A DNA stretch of 64,000 nt from Ylistrum balloti (lineage: Eukaryota). Below, piece by piece: positions 27,301 through 40,000 of this stretch. How positions within the stretch are numbered: the stretch's first letter is position 1; each line of letters begins with the position of its first letter. The DNA lies in contig NW_026782199.1 of assembly GCF_031769215.1 (NCBI RefSeq), positions 682,001 to 746,000 of the forward strand, given 5' to 3'. Both the position numbers and the translations under genes were made by a program. The notes below the pieces were generated by a model. The model saw only the letters and a program-made list of their open reading frames with translations, was not told the DNA's origin and did no database searches.

Positions 27301-28055
27301 TGCCTACCATCGTTTGATCTTTGTTATGTAAAAGCCGTGTCTTTTCCCTTATTTTCACTTCTTGCAGTTATCTTTTACTGCTCAGTCCAAGATGATCGCC
27401 TTTCTGACCAGTCCGAAAGCCCCATTTTCCCAGGTTGTGCCCTTTGAATTTGGAGACTGATCATAAAAACAAAATGGATGACAGACAGACATCTTGATTT
27501 TTTACAATAAAAGTTCGTTAGTTCGTTATCGCTTTATCTTATGGGGCACTGGATAGATTTTTTTCTCAAATTTCCCATGTAGGTTCCTTTGGTGCATATA
27601 TAGTTGTGCGCTTCTGATTTTCGGACTGTTCAGAAGAAAGAAATTGCCGACAGGTGATCAACTTAGACATAACTGTTTCAAGTTATTATCGCTCTTTCGT
27701 AAAAGGAATTTTCAGTTTCTCTTAATTCAGAGCAAAAACAGAGGAAAGAACAGAAAAAAATGGAAATTGAAATCATCAAGCTTATCATACAGCTTGGTAA
27801 AGAGCTGTCTCAACAGGATCATTCTTTACATTTACGTAATATTTTTCACAGACATTAGGAGGGAATATTTATAGTGGCGTGTATAAAAAAAACAGTAAGA
27901 AATGCTTTTACATGTGTATATGTAGATTACAGCAGTCAAAATATTGATCCAATATTAAAGATGAACTTTAGTCTTGTTTCCTTAAATGTTACCTTTAATG
28001 ATTGCTTTTTGCAATATGAAAATTGAAACTACGTTTCTTTATTTATTTCAAAAAG

Positions 28056-29448
28056 GGATGATTCAAATGAAGAAGAGGTTATCAAAACTTTTGAAGAGCT
28101 CCTTGTCGACAAAGAGTTTCTTACAAGTGATTTTTTCATAATACCAGAGGAAAAAATCATCACAAAGGAGGAAGATCAAGAAGCCAAAGATGACATTGAT
28201 TATAAGAAAGAAACAGATGTAGAGGAAGAAAAATATGTAAAGGAAGAACCATCAGAACAAATTTCTGACAAAGAAAGTGAAACAAAAGACACAAATGCTG
28301 ACAGTAATAAAGCTGTAAATAGTGGGCGTGTAGAGGCTTTGAAGGCCTTGGATAAGAAACTAGTGGGCCTTTATTTTTCAGCAGGTTGGTGTCCACCTTG
28401 TCGCCAGTTTACGCCTTTACTGAAGGACTTCTATGAGGAAACACAACGACGCAATGCTCCTTTTGAGGTGGTGTTTATCAGCTGTGATAAGAAGGAGGAA
28501 GACATGAAGTCCTACTACAGAGAAAGTCATGGTGAATGGCTGGTTGTCCCATTTGCAGACCAACTACAGGAGTAAGCAGATTTTTATGTTGTAAATTGGC
28601 AAGGATAGGGAAGTGATTGTATAGGCTGTAAAAAGAGACCAGACAGGGAATTATGTGGAATTTAGCTAATGTTGTAAGTTAGTGGAAAATGAAACAAAAA
28701 ATTGTTAGCCTGATGTTATATATATAGGATCTTAAATGAGTTTTCATTTCATATGAGATTTAATGAAACAATTATTAGATTTTAATTTTGCATGTACAAA
28801 TTGAAACTTTAAGACAATTTTCATAAATTCTCATATGAAATAAAACTAACTTAAACTCAGAAGAGTAACATTTTCACAGGTTTCAAAGTAAAAATATGAA
28901 GGACAAAATCAGATGAAAGCAGCCATTTTGTTGCAACATTTTCAATTCATGACATCACAATTAATTTCTGATCGAACAGCCAATGAAAAACACTTCAGGG
29001 TATATAATATTGGTGACATTTACATAAAAATATTACATTAGTTCATTCATTAGATAGTAGGTTGAAATGTGTGATGAAAAAGCAATCAAGTTTTTACACA
29101 ACAAATGTTCATATATGTAGCCAGGCAAAATGTACTTTGTGCTTTCACTCTTTTTCACATACCAATTTCACCAGAATATGTCAAATTAATCTCACAACCA
29201 TTTGTTTTTCCAGTGATCTAAAATCAAGGTTCAACATCACAGCTGTGCCAAAGTTAATCATTGTAAACATTGCTGGTGATGTAATAACCTTGAAAGGTCG
29301 CAAGGAAATCCAGGACAAGGGCATTGTGTGTTTCAGGACCTGGCAGGAAATCGCTACATTCAGAGAGAACAGGTCAAAGAGCCAAACATCGGCTGCTCCA
29401 CCTACTGACTCTAAGGAGGAAGAAGGAGATAAATCTATACAGGCCTGA
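28056..29448 (+). CDS. NXNL2: Nucleoredoxin-like protein 2 type thioredoxin-fold oxidoreductase; start exon not resolved
   Basis: Exon 28056-28571 (LVGLYFSAGWCPPCRQFTPLLKDFY...PFEVVFISCD...HGEWLVVPF) splices in phase (GA|T) to exon 29214-29448 (DLKSRFNITAVPKLIIVN...VITLKGRKEIQDKG..CF.TW, stop). The sequence matches NXNL2 (RdCVF2) as I recall it, and the intron position appears to match as well. No in-frame ATG precedes the active site in the first exon seen. Confidence 0.82.
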
Positions 29449-32400
29449 ATTCAGATCAAACATGTGACATACCTACTCAATTAATTATGTTTGTTTTGAA
29501 TGATATCAACGATGCTGTGGACATGAATGTATGACATTAAAGATATTTATTTTAGTGAATGACATTGTAGAATTGAAAGATATTAAATGTGCCATATAAC
29601 ATTTGATTTGTTAGTTTGCTGGTGCTTACTACACTATGGTTGGTACATGTTATCTTTTCAAGAAAAGATTGTAAACATTTTCATCGGTGTTCAGCAATCA
29701 TTTTACTAAATGATACAAGCATTGTTTTTACAGTACTTAGTATGTATAGTGAGGTCTCGCGAGGTGGAAGGAGAGGGGTTTGGGGGGTGCATAGGTAAGA
29801 CTTATTAACATAACATTTGCAATTCAATATTAAGACAAATGATTCCTAGTCTTTCAAGAAATGCAGTTATAGGAAAAATTTTCCCATCGAGATTTGATGG
29901 CAAGTGTTCTCCAAGGCTAATGCCAGTTGATTCAAGTTGAAATATTAGAATAAATTTAAGCCTATAATCAATTAGACAATTGCTCAAAATCCAAAAAAAA
30001 TGTCTATATATAACTTATGATTCATTGAAGATTAGCACTAATTAATTTCAAAGTTGACCAATGACATCCACTGGACTGTTGTTTAGAAAGTTTGGTCAAG
30101 GTAATTCACTGGATCAATTCATTATACCTTCACACCAGTCATACACAATGAAATATGACATCATGATTCATGTTTAAAAAAAAATTACAGTGTGGCTTTC
30201 AATATACACCCAGTTCATTCTTACTTGCACTTTCTCCTGGAAAAGACTAAAACAAGTCTTAACTTCTTATTTTTCAGCTGGAAATATTCTGCGTTTATTC
30301 TTTTCAAAATGAAGCTAGTTTTTGACTAGGTCTAACTTACATTTAAAACTTTTCTCTTGACATTTTGAAGTTGTGTTTATGACTTTCTGTTAAGATACAT
30401 AACATAAGTATGTTGTCTATATGGATTTAGTATGAACTGCTCAGGCTTGATAATAAACAGTTTAGACTTCTCATAGAATGCGATCTAAAATTTGTGGTTA
30501 TTATATTCAGCTTACTTACCACCACGGTTGTTCATCAAGTGCAATCATAAATTAGAAGTAAGGTTCAAGGGTCAAAAATAGTTTAATAAGATCACCACTT
30601 TATATATGAATGATAATTGTAACCATGCATCATTGTGTTCTCAAAAAAAAATAACAACAAATCTTTAAATAAATTTCTCAATTTATTCATTATAACATCA
30701 CTTCTATCTGTATCTAAAATTAGTGCTTATTACATTCAACAACTACATGGCTATAGAATACTGCATGAAATGACTGACATCACTCAACCCTCAGACACTC
30801 TTTGTCCAGGTCAAAGGTCAGATAAGGGACGGACTCATCTCACTTTTCAACTTGATCACCAGTCTGATATGGCTACATGCCATGGTGAGAGTAGGTCTGA
30901 TACATGATTAAGAAAAAAAAAATAGGTAACACATTGATTGTCTTGTTATTTTGCTCTGTTCTCAAAGTCATTATCTTACCTGGTTTTTTAAATAAAAGGC
31001 TCTACTGAAGTTTATAATGTCCTGCCATGACACCAAAGCTAACAAAGTCACATACCATATCAGAAGTGCTACCATGGTAACCAGTTACTAGTATCATTAC
31101 TGTTTATCCTGTCATTGATTGGTCAATTTCAATTGTCAAGTTAATTTTCAAAAAACACATACTGATTATTAAAATCAACCCTCTTGGATACACTTACTTC
31201 TACATGTGTCACTTCATTGTAGTTTATGTTAGTAATATTGCCTTATACAAGTCAACATAATTAGGATCCGATAACAGCAAAATGTTTATGTAAGACAAGG
31301 TAACAATGAAGCTAAAAATACAGCTTTTAATAGGTGTTTTATTCTGGTTAGTTGATCTGCATCACATACATGGAGTAACTGGTGTAAAAGAATCTAATCA
31401 TTCATAACAAAAACAGAAAAATCTGAAAAACAAATAACTGGTACCTTATCAAAAAATTGAAAAAGCGAAGAGACACTAATTGGTAATATTCTTTCATTTT
31501 CTTTCACTAAAGTTTTCTATTCAAACATTAAAATCATTAATTTCAAGTTGCAGTCTTCAGTCCTCACAACCACTTATAATTTCTAGAGTATCAGTACACA
31601 TATCTTATGAGGTAAACATATATAGAATTTTATAGTAAACTGAACAGATTTCTCAATGCCTCGTAGATATCTTTTGTCAGAAAGTCTCACATTGTAACAA
31701 GCAACATAAAAATGCTATGTTGCATGGCCCAATAAAAGTATATCATCACTTGTATTTGAGTATTTTTTCTCCTGATATTAAATTGCTGCAAGAACATTGG
31801 TCTCTTTGGAATCTAAAAATCCAGACTGATTGAAAAAGACATCCATGATTTACTGGAGAAAGCAGGCAATAAGATCTCAATAGTGATGTGCTAATATGAG
31901 AGTAAATGTAACTAAGCCCAATCAATTTGTTTGGATGTGATTTACAAAGGAATGCAAATATGAGATGACATACATGTTCCTAGTCAGGATATCACCTCAC
32001 TGGAGAATTACCGATGTCTCTGTCAAATACACAAATTAGTCATTTATACATCAAATCATTAACCATTTATAATGAAAAAGTCTTCTACTTAAATTTTCAG
32101 AAAGGCCTTTGAGTTGCTGAGAAAAAAAATACAGAATGATAATTAATTTTCTTGGGGATTTTAACTTCTGATGATTCCACGTTATCTTCATGAATTCATC
32201 TGACCATGAAATGATCGTCAAAAACTAACATGGACTTTTCGTACAAGTGGATTATGTGAGTGCTCTTTATCCACAAAATCAAATTTGAATCCATAAAATT
32301 AAATGCCAACAAATTGATGTTCTTTTGAAAAAAATTTCAGTCTCGCACAAAAAAAAAAAAAAAAATAATACAGGAAGTAAAATTTCTGTACAGCAATCAT

Positions 32401-33729
32401 CAATATGTGTACAGTTTGTTTTAACACAAAAGCAGCCTAATATTGAAACATTTCACCATTGTCAGAAGATAACTGAAATTTTATGATTTACAAATATATA
32501 TTTCTCAAATGTTTGAAAAATCAAATTGTTAAAACGTGTTATACATTTTCTTATGCAAGCTCACAAGTTGGTTGTTGACAATCGATTGTTGGCTATTGTT
32601 TCATATAAAATACAGATTTTTATATAAACAAACATTAATTGTCAATCGTTTTAAAACAATCTATTAAACAATAAAACTGAGAGATAAAAAAATCAGTAAT
32701 TTTCCTACAAGAACAGATATGCACAAACTACTTTGAACACCTACCAAAGCACCATTAAACATACAACAAAAACAGGATTGGCCATCAAGATGGTCTCCAG
32801 GAAGCACAGTTAGTGAAAGATGTATATTAATAGAGAAGCTACGGGCAATCCTGGACAAATTGTTTCATATCAAATGTACCATTTATTACAAATAAAAACA
32901 TTCCACGAAAACTTATAATGTTTAGTTCAGGGTCGTTTCAAAAGTAAAATGATGTCACATTAGTAATACATCATTATTACCCAGAGTTCAACACTTCACT
33001 CTTTCGATGTGAGTCGGTAAACATGTATGTTTGTTGTAGAAAATATTTGTCTTTGTGTGTATGGTATAACCTGAGTACAAGGTACCAGGTTAAGAGATAT
33101 CTACCATTTAAATGCAGACTTTATTCCATACCTGTTACATTGTTAAATGATTACTAGGTAAATATGTCAAGTTTATTTCTGATGAGAAATACTTACTACT
33201 ATAATATAACAAATGGGGGAGATATCTGTTGATACTTTTAGCCATTTTTTAACCAGGTATGAATATCCTAATACAGAATGTATAAAACGTCTTTGATATG
33301 TTTCTTTATATATGACATATATGAGGGTTTATATATTGTAGGTAAATATATATTTATTTAAAGAGATAAGTCTCACAGAAATAACTTCAACAAAATTTTA
33401 TGGAATATACTTCAAGCTTTACAAACAAACTGATAGGACATGGAATGCACAACATCTACTGCTAGAGACCTTTGGCTTGTACAGAGTACAGAACAAAACA
33501 TAATACAATATTAACATTGGATTGCCTTGCGAATTAGTTGGATATTCAGCGATACATCTGACTAGGCAGTACATCAATCACAAAATCAATAGCACAAAGT
33601 AACTGAATAGCAACTAAACATAAAACTAACTTATAATGCATGTTTAACAGGTGATATAAGATAACAAGACCTTGACCTTCGAATGCGGTAGAAAACTCCA
33701 TGGTAACATCAGACAGGGTGCACGCTTGT

Positions 33730-33782
33730 TAAAGCTCAGACTTCTCCCACTGTGAACAGTTTCAGAATAAGTCGTCATACAG
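33730..33782 (-). promoter_or_regulatory. Type II SECIS element in the GPX4 3' UTR
   Basis: Minus strand reads ATGA-CGACTTATTCTG-AAA-CTGTTCACAG-TGGGAGAAGTC-TGAG. This gives an AUGA/GA quartet, helix II GACTT/AAGTC, an unpaired AAA and an apical minihelix CTG-TTCA-CAG, about 250 nt after the stop codon. Confidence 0.88.
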
Positions 33783-34024
33783 TCTGTGTTACTATAGAAT
33801 CATTCTAAACAATGAAAGGTTAAGGTCAGGTTACAATATGACAACATGTCTCACGAAGGAATTTTGGTTCCTATACTACTTCACAACAATGAGACAACTT
33901 TTTTCTGATGTCCTCCACCAATTTTTTCTGTAATTGGATAATTGAAATGCATATTTTGCCTGCCACTCCCACTGTTTAATGACTGTCTAAGTTGAGTTTC
34001 CATCAATTGATTTTTGCATCATTT

Positions 34025-37000
34025 CTACCAATACTTGTCAAAATCCAATGCAACTTTCTGAAAAGTAAAAAAGAAACCAGTCAAACATTGCTTTCCAGCG
34101 TCAAATCTTTTCTACAGAGGGGTAAAATTGAGTAAGATATGTAGAATGGCTATTCTCAGTTAAATAGCAATCCCATCCCTAGAACCCATGCTTACCTAGC
34201 GTTACCAGTAATAGAATATGACATCTTCAAAGAAATTGTATAAGCAACAAAGAATAGCACATTTCTTTTTTCATTGCAGAATCCCGAGGTCAGAAGTGCC
34301 TGAAGAGGTCATATTTAGATTTTTTCAATTAAATACAGGGATTATTATAACTGATTTTAAGCATCTACTTGTCAAATACAGTATCTTATGTGTAGGTCTC
34401 TTTGTTATTTATCACAAGAAATACAAATTTAAAGAAGATAAATGATACCAGGCGTGTACAAGATAGACAGACAACTGCTGCACCACAGCATTCAGACAGG
34501 TGGGCAGTTAATAAAAGGCCTTGTATGGACCAGAAGGTATATTGTAAGCAGTATTTGGGTTACAGATATTACAATAGCTTTAGTGTACATCAGTCCCTGT
34601 GTTATACTTACATTGGGTTCATCATTTGGGGCATACCTCTTTACCGGGATTCCTTCTTTGTTCACAAGGAACTTAGAAAAATTCCATTTGATAAAACTGG
34701 AAGCAAAAGGAGAAAAAAGTCATTGGCACTGCTGTGAGTTATGTATACACCACATAGTCACAATATAATCATAGAGATATATGATGCAATACAACCTTTA
34801 AAAAAGCAAATTGGTTGTTTGATCCTGTTCTTTTGGTCTATCCAAAAATTATGGCACCTGTTCATAATATTCTCAATGCAGTGGTCTTTTGAATCTACAC
34901 TACAGCTCCTAGACCTAGAGAAACATCTTGTTAAGTTGAATTATCTCAATACAAGTGATTGCCTTTTAAAAACTGAAAGTGCAGGGTCATGTTCATTTAT
35001 TTGAACTACCATATGTGCAATGTTACCCTTTATACACTATAAACCTAGATAATCGAGTATTACAACAATTTTTTCTCCTATACAACAAACAACTTACTTT
35101 CCAAAAGTTCCACTTTGCTTCTTCTTCAGGTAGCTAAACAGAGGGTCAGCTTTGCTGCCATTTACATCAATCTTGGCAAACATATCAAACTGGACTCCAT
35201 AATTCTTTGTAGCAAATTCTTTTATCTCTTCATTTGTTCCTGGTTCCTAGAATAAATAAATGTTACCTGGTTAAAAAAACTGTACAGGCAAACTGCCTTG
35301 ATATCTTTCAGCAAATTTAAATGCATGATGATGTCAAGAACAGAAAGGAAGTTTTGACTAATCTTATTTATCTATTTTATGAAGAGTACTTGATTCTACC
35401 ATTCCTGGGATTTGAGAAGAATATTATTGAAGTTTCAATCAATTTGGCCCTTTTTGGGCCTGCCCCTTAGGCCCCTGGGTGTTGGGGTATCTGGTGTGCC
35501 TTTAGCCATGGAAGGTGTTTGTAAAATTTCTTTGAAATCAGTTCAGCAGTTTTCCAGAAGAATCCAAAAATGTTTAAAGCTTATGATGCATGAAGCCGGA
35601 CAAAAAGGGATCGCAGTAGGTCATCCTGAGACAAAGTCAGTTTCAGCCTATTAGGCATTTGTTTACATCATCTTGAAATGAAGAAAAAAGTATAAATTCT
35701 TGTCTTGTTATATCACAAATGTAGGTTAAGTATGTGAGAGACTGTCGGCAACATTGACACAATACAAACACCCCTCAACGGGACAATGCCTTGCAATGAT
35801 GAACCTGTAATTAACTTACCTGTCCACCGAATTGGTTACACGGAAATCCAAGAATCCTCAAGCCCTTACTCTCAGCATACTTAGCGTGCAATTCTTGTAG
35901 CTGAGTGTAGTTCTTGTCTGTAAACCCTCATTTACTGGCTACATTTACGATGAGAACAACATGGCCTCTGTCAATGGAAAAAAAAGACCAACTTAAACAA
36001 TTAATGCATTCCATAATCAAATACTGCTAGCAAACCTCTAGAGGACACTGGAAAGTGCCAAAACATCTAAGACAGGATGATAATGATGATGATGGGACTG
36101 GCCAACATTGGATTTTTCCTATGTTTTCAAGGTACGATAAAATTTTATGAATAAATGTAACTGGATTCATCTCATACCATTATGAATGTTTACTTTGTGT
36201 ATTTACATTTGAAATCTACAATAATTCACATCTTTTATCTATTAGTTTTATGTTTTTGTGTCAATGTCTGAAATGTTGTTGATAGAAAAGCTGTATCTTA
36301 TAACATTCAAAAAGAATCTTAGTACATGATCACTGCTTCCTACCTGTATTTTCCAAGAGATACATCACTTCCTACCTGTATTTTCCAAGAGATACATCAC
36401 TTCTTACCTGTATTTTCCAAGAGATACATCACTTCTTACCTGTATTTTCCAAGAGATACATCACTTCCTACCTGTATTTTCCAAGAGATACATCACTTCT
36501 TACCTGTATTTTCCAAGAGATACATCACTTCTTACCTGTATTTTCCAAGAGATACATCACTTCTTACCTGTATTTTCCAAGAGATACATCACTTCTTACC
36601 TGTATTTTCCAAGAGATACATCACTTCTTACCTGTATTTTCCAAGAGATACATCACTTCCTACCTGTATTTTCCAAGAGATACATCACTTCCTACCTGTA
36701 TTTTCCAAGAGATACATCACTTCCTACCTGTATTTTCCAAGAGATACATCACTTCTTACCTGTATTTTTCAAGAGATACATCATTTCCATCTATGTCTTT
36801 ACAAGTGAAGTCATATATAGAGCTAGCAGATTTCCAGGATTCAGCATTGCTGGCCTGTAATGTAACAGAATGTATAAATCTTGTACAATGTACTATTCAA
36901 TATGCATGCATTGTACCTAGAAATATTATACTCCATGTGACTAGCTTACAAGGTACTTGCAATTGTAATAGTATGCATGTACATACTAGCATTGCTTCAT

Positions 37001-40000
37001 AATAACAATTTAATTCATTACTAGCAGAATTTTATATATATTTGAAAAGTAAGCGAATGTCCAAGCATCACTTTAGAATAAAAAGATACACTGCTTAGAT
37101 TATCTCAATGTATTATGACTCTTACATTTTGTAAAACTGTTACAAATTTAAGTATTACCAGTCATTAAAAGTACTCAACACGTGAATTTCACTCTCCATA
37201 CAAACTAGCAAATATACAAATATATGTACTGACTCATTCAAATTCTGATCCTTACTAACCAGAATTTCTGTCAATATGTGAATGACATATCTTTTTATAT
37301 AATCTACATGTATTTCCTTTTTTGTTTTTTAACACTTCATACACATGTATGTATATGTAGATGCAATATATTTTGTAATAGTTTTCGCTTGATATAGTTT
37401 GTATATAAACAACATACATTTACATAAAAATTTTTGCATATTTACAGTAAAGATTGGTATAACAAAGTCGGTTCACACTAACTTTATTTAGTGATGAAGA
37501 AAGGGAGATATTGCTAAGAGAATCTACATCCAGTAATAAATGTAATGTTTAGTAATGTTAATGTATAATCAATATGTAATCACTTTGCAACAAGATAACA
37601 GAAAGTGTGATATTATCATCCCCGTACCGCTGTTTAAAAAAAGGACACACAATCATATATATATGTTAATATTACAACAAATTTAATCTCTACTTGTTAC
37701 TTTTACTTGTTTCATACAAAGTATTGAAATCGAGAACTTCTTCCTCAGTACTAGCTTGATTCCTGTACAAAGTTTTGAGTATCGGGTAGTTACATGTGAG
37801 AGAATTGGTTTGAAAAAAAAAACGAACTTTTTTATTTGGCCTATCTGTTTTCATGGTAACAGAAAAAGTACTTAAATGAACTTTCCAATAGCAAAATATA
37901 CTACTAGCTTAAGAAGTGTCTTTAAAAAGTTTTGAGCAATTACCTTGAACGGTTTCAGAGCACTGGTTCACAATAAAAGAAAAGAAAATCTAACTTTGGG
38001 CACTAACTTAATATATAGAAGTTTAGTGGAGTTGAGTGACATGGTTTTGAAGTTGTAGCCCCAAAAGAAAAGTTAACAATACTTTTGTGTTTTTTAACTA
38101 TGTTTCCATGGTAACAGAAAAAAATATAAATGAAACGTCTTTAGCAAAATGCACAACTAGGGCACTTATGTAATATATGCAGAAAGTTTTATGGAGTTGA
38201 GTGGATTGGTTTCAAAGTGGTAGCCCAGAGAGGATAGTAAACACTAATTTTGTGTTTTTTGGCTATGTATCCATGGTAACAGAAAAATATAAAAAAGGAA
38301 ATGTTGTCAATAGCAAAAGGCACAACTAAGGCTTTTATACAATATAAACAGAAAGTTTTGTGGAGTTCTGAGGAATGATTTGCAGTTGTATCCCGGAAAA
38401 GAAACACTAATTTTGTGTTTTTGGCTGTGTTTCAAAGGTAACAAAAATATATTTCTATCTATATAATCAATAGCAAAAAGTGCAACTAGGGCACAAACTA
38501 AATTTTGTGAAGTTGATTTGAAGGCTTTTGATGTTGCAGCCCCGAAAAAACCCTCGGACGGAAGGGATGCATGAGCAGACAGATGCACAGACAGAGCTTA
38601 AACAAAGAACATAAATAATAAGCACACATCCAAGCCACACTTAAGTGGAAATGGATATCTGCATACCAGGTGAATTAAAAGTGTAGCCAAAGATATGGAG
38701 CTTGTAAACGAATGCTCATAATAAATGACAAAAACCTGAAAGGTCAGCATTGTATTGGTGTTATAATTTCATGAACTTTTCAGTTAGCGGTTTCAATCCG
38801 CTAGTGATGGTTATACAATTTCAAATGCTTAATAAATTTCCTTTTTTTCTGTTATAGGTTTTTTTCTCATTCAATAAGTGTGTATTTCACTGCAGATGAG
38901 GAAGAACACTTAGTGTACATGTCAAGCATTGATAAGAATCCAGTCATCTTTCCATTCCAAATTCATCAACAGTAAAATGTCTATTGGTTCAAGAAGACTA
39001 AACTATTGTCACATGAAATCACTTAATAAGTAAAATGTGACTTTTAACTTAGAACTTTTTCACACATATTAAATCTTTTATAATTTACCAAGAAGTGAAA
39101 CACATGAATGTTTGATTTGCTTGTGAAGCTAAGCATACTATTTCAAGTACTACATCTTTTTAGCAAGAGTGCTACCCAGCCTCCTTCTCTGCTTGTCCAG
39201 GTACTAAATGGTCCTATGTCAAGAAATGCAGAAGGACTTTAGTGATTGTGTCTATTTTTCATTATCAATCTACACATCAATATTTTTCACATATATTGTT
39301 TGAAACACTAATCATATAAAACATTTCTATTGAAAAATACCATAATGGGTTATACAAAAAAAGCATAATAATTGATACAGACAAGGGATCTGAGATAATA
39401 CACAGCACCTCATGTTTGTTTCTGTTTGAAATCATGCAACAAGGCCATGGAGAAAGTTACTGAATTATGATAAGGATCAATTTTTTTCAGCAATAATGAA
39501 TGCATTATCTTGAGAGTAGTATATCAATATGAAGGGTTGATTGTAGAAATCAAAATTACTAATTTAGATCTTGTTTCATTAGTTGGCATAGGACCATTTT
39601 GTAGCTGTGACATTAGGAAAATTGTCTCATTGAATCGTAAGAGATGATATTGCAGGAAACAAATTCAGCAATCTGAATGCAAGTTAATTTATGACCTAAG
39701 ACGAGATAGCTTAAATAAACAATCTAAATGGTGTATAGTTAGGTGTGAGGATAGATCAATCCATATGTGTAACAACATTAGTAATTCACACCAATCTTTT
39801 GAAATTAGAGAAGAAATTTATCAGAATATGATGAGAAATCAACCATAGATCAGACTATGTATAGCAGTTCAATGTACTATACAGGTGCAGACAGGTATCT
39901 ATGTAAGCACATCAAATATACATACCCCATTACCCTGGATGTAGTTATAGGTGATCAAAATAACATCAAAATTACAAAATTAATCAACTTTCAGAAAAAA

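Noticed and set aside
27760-27800. ATG GAA ATT...CTT G|GTAAAG as the first coding exon of the NXNL2-like gene
   Set aside because: The phase-1 donor does not join the phase-2 acceptor at 28056; the joined frame stops near 28140. The start is left unresolved.
35928-35930. In-frame TGA as evidence that GPX4 is a pseudogene
   Set aside because: It sits at the catalytic Sec position, all exons and phases are intact, and a SECIS is present.
36326-36808. 160-aa plus-strand ORF
   Set aside because: It is the antisense translation of the 32-bp donor array in GPX4 intron 2.
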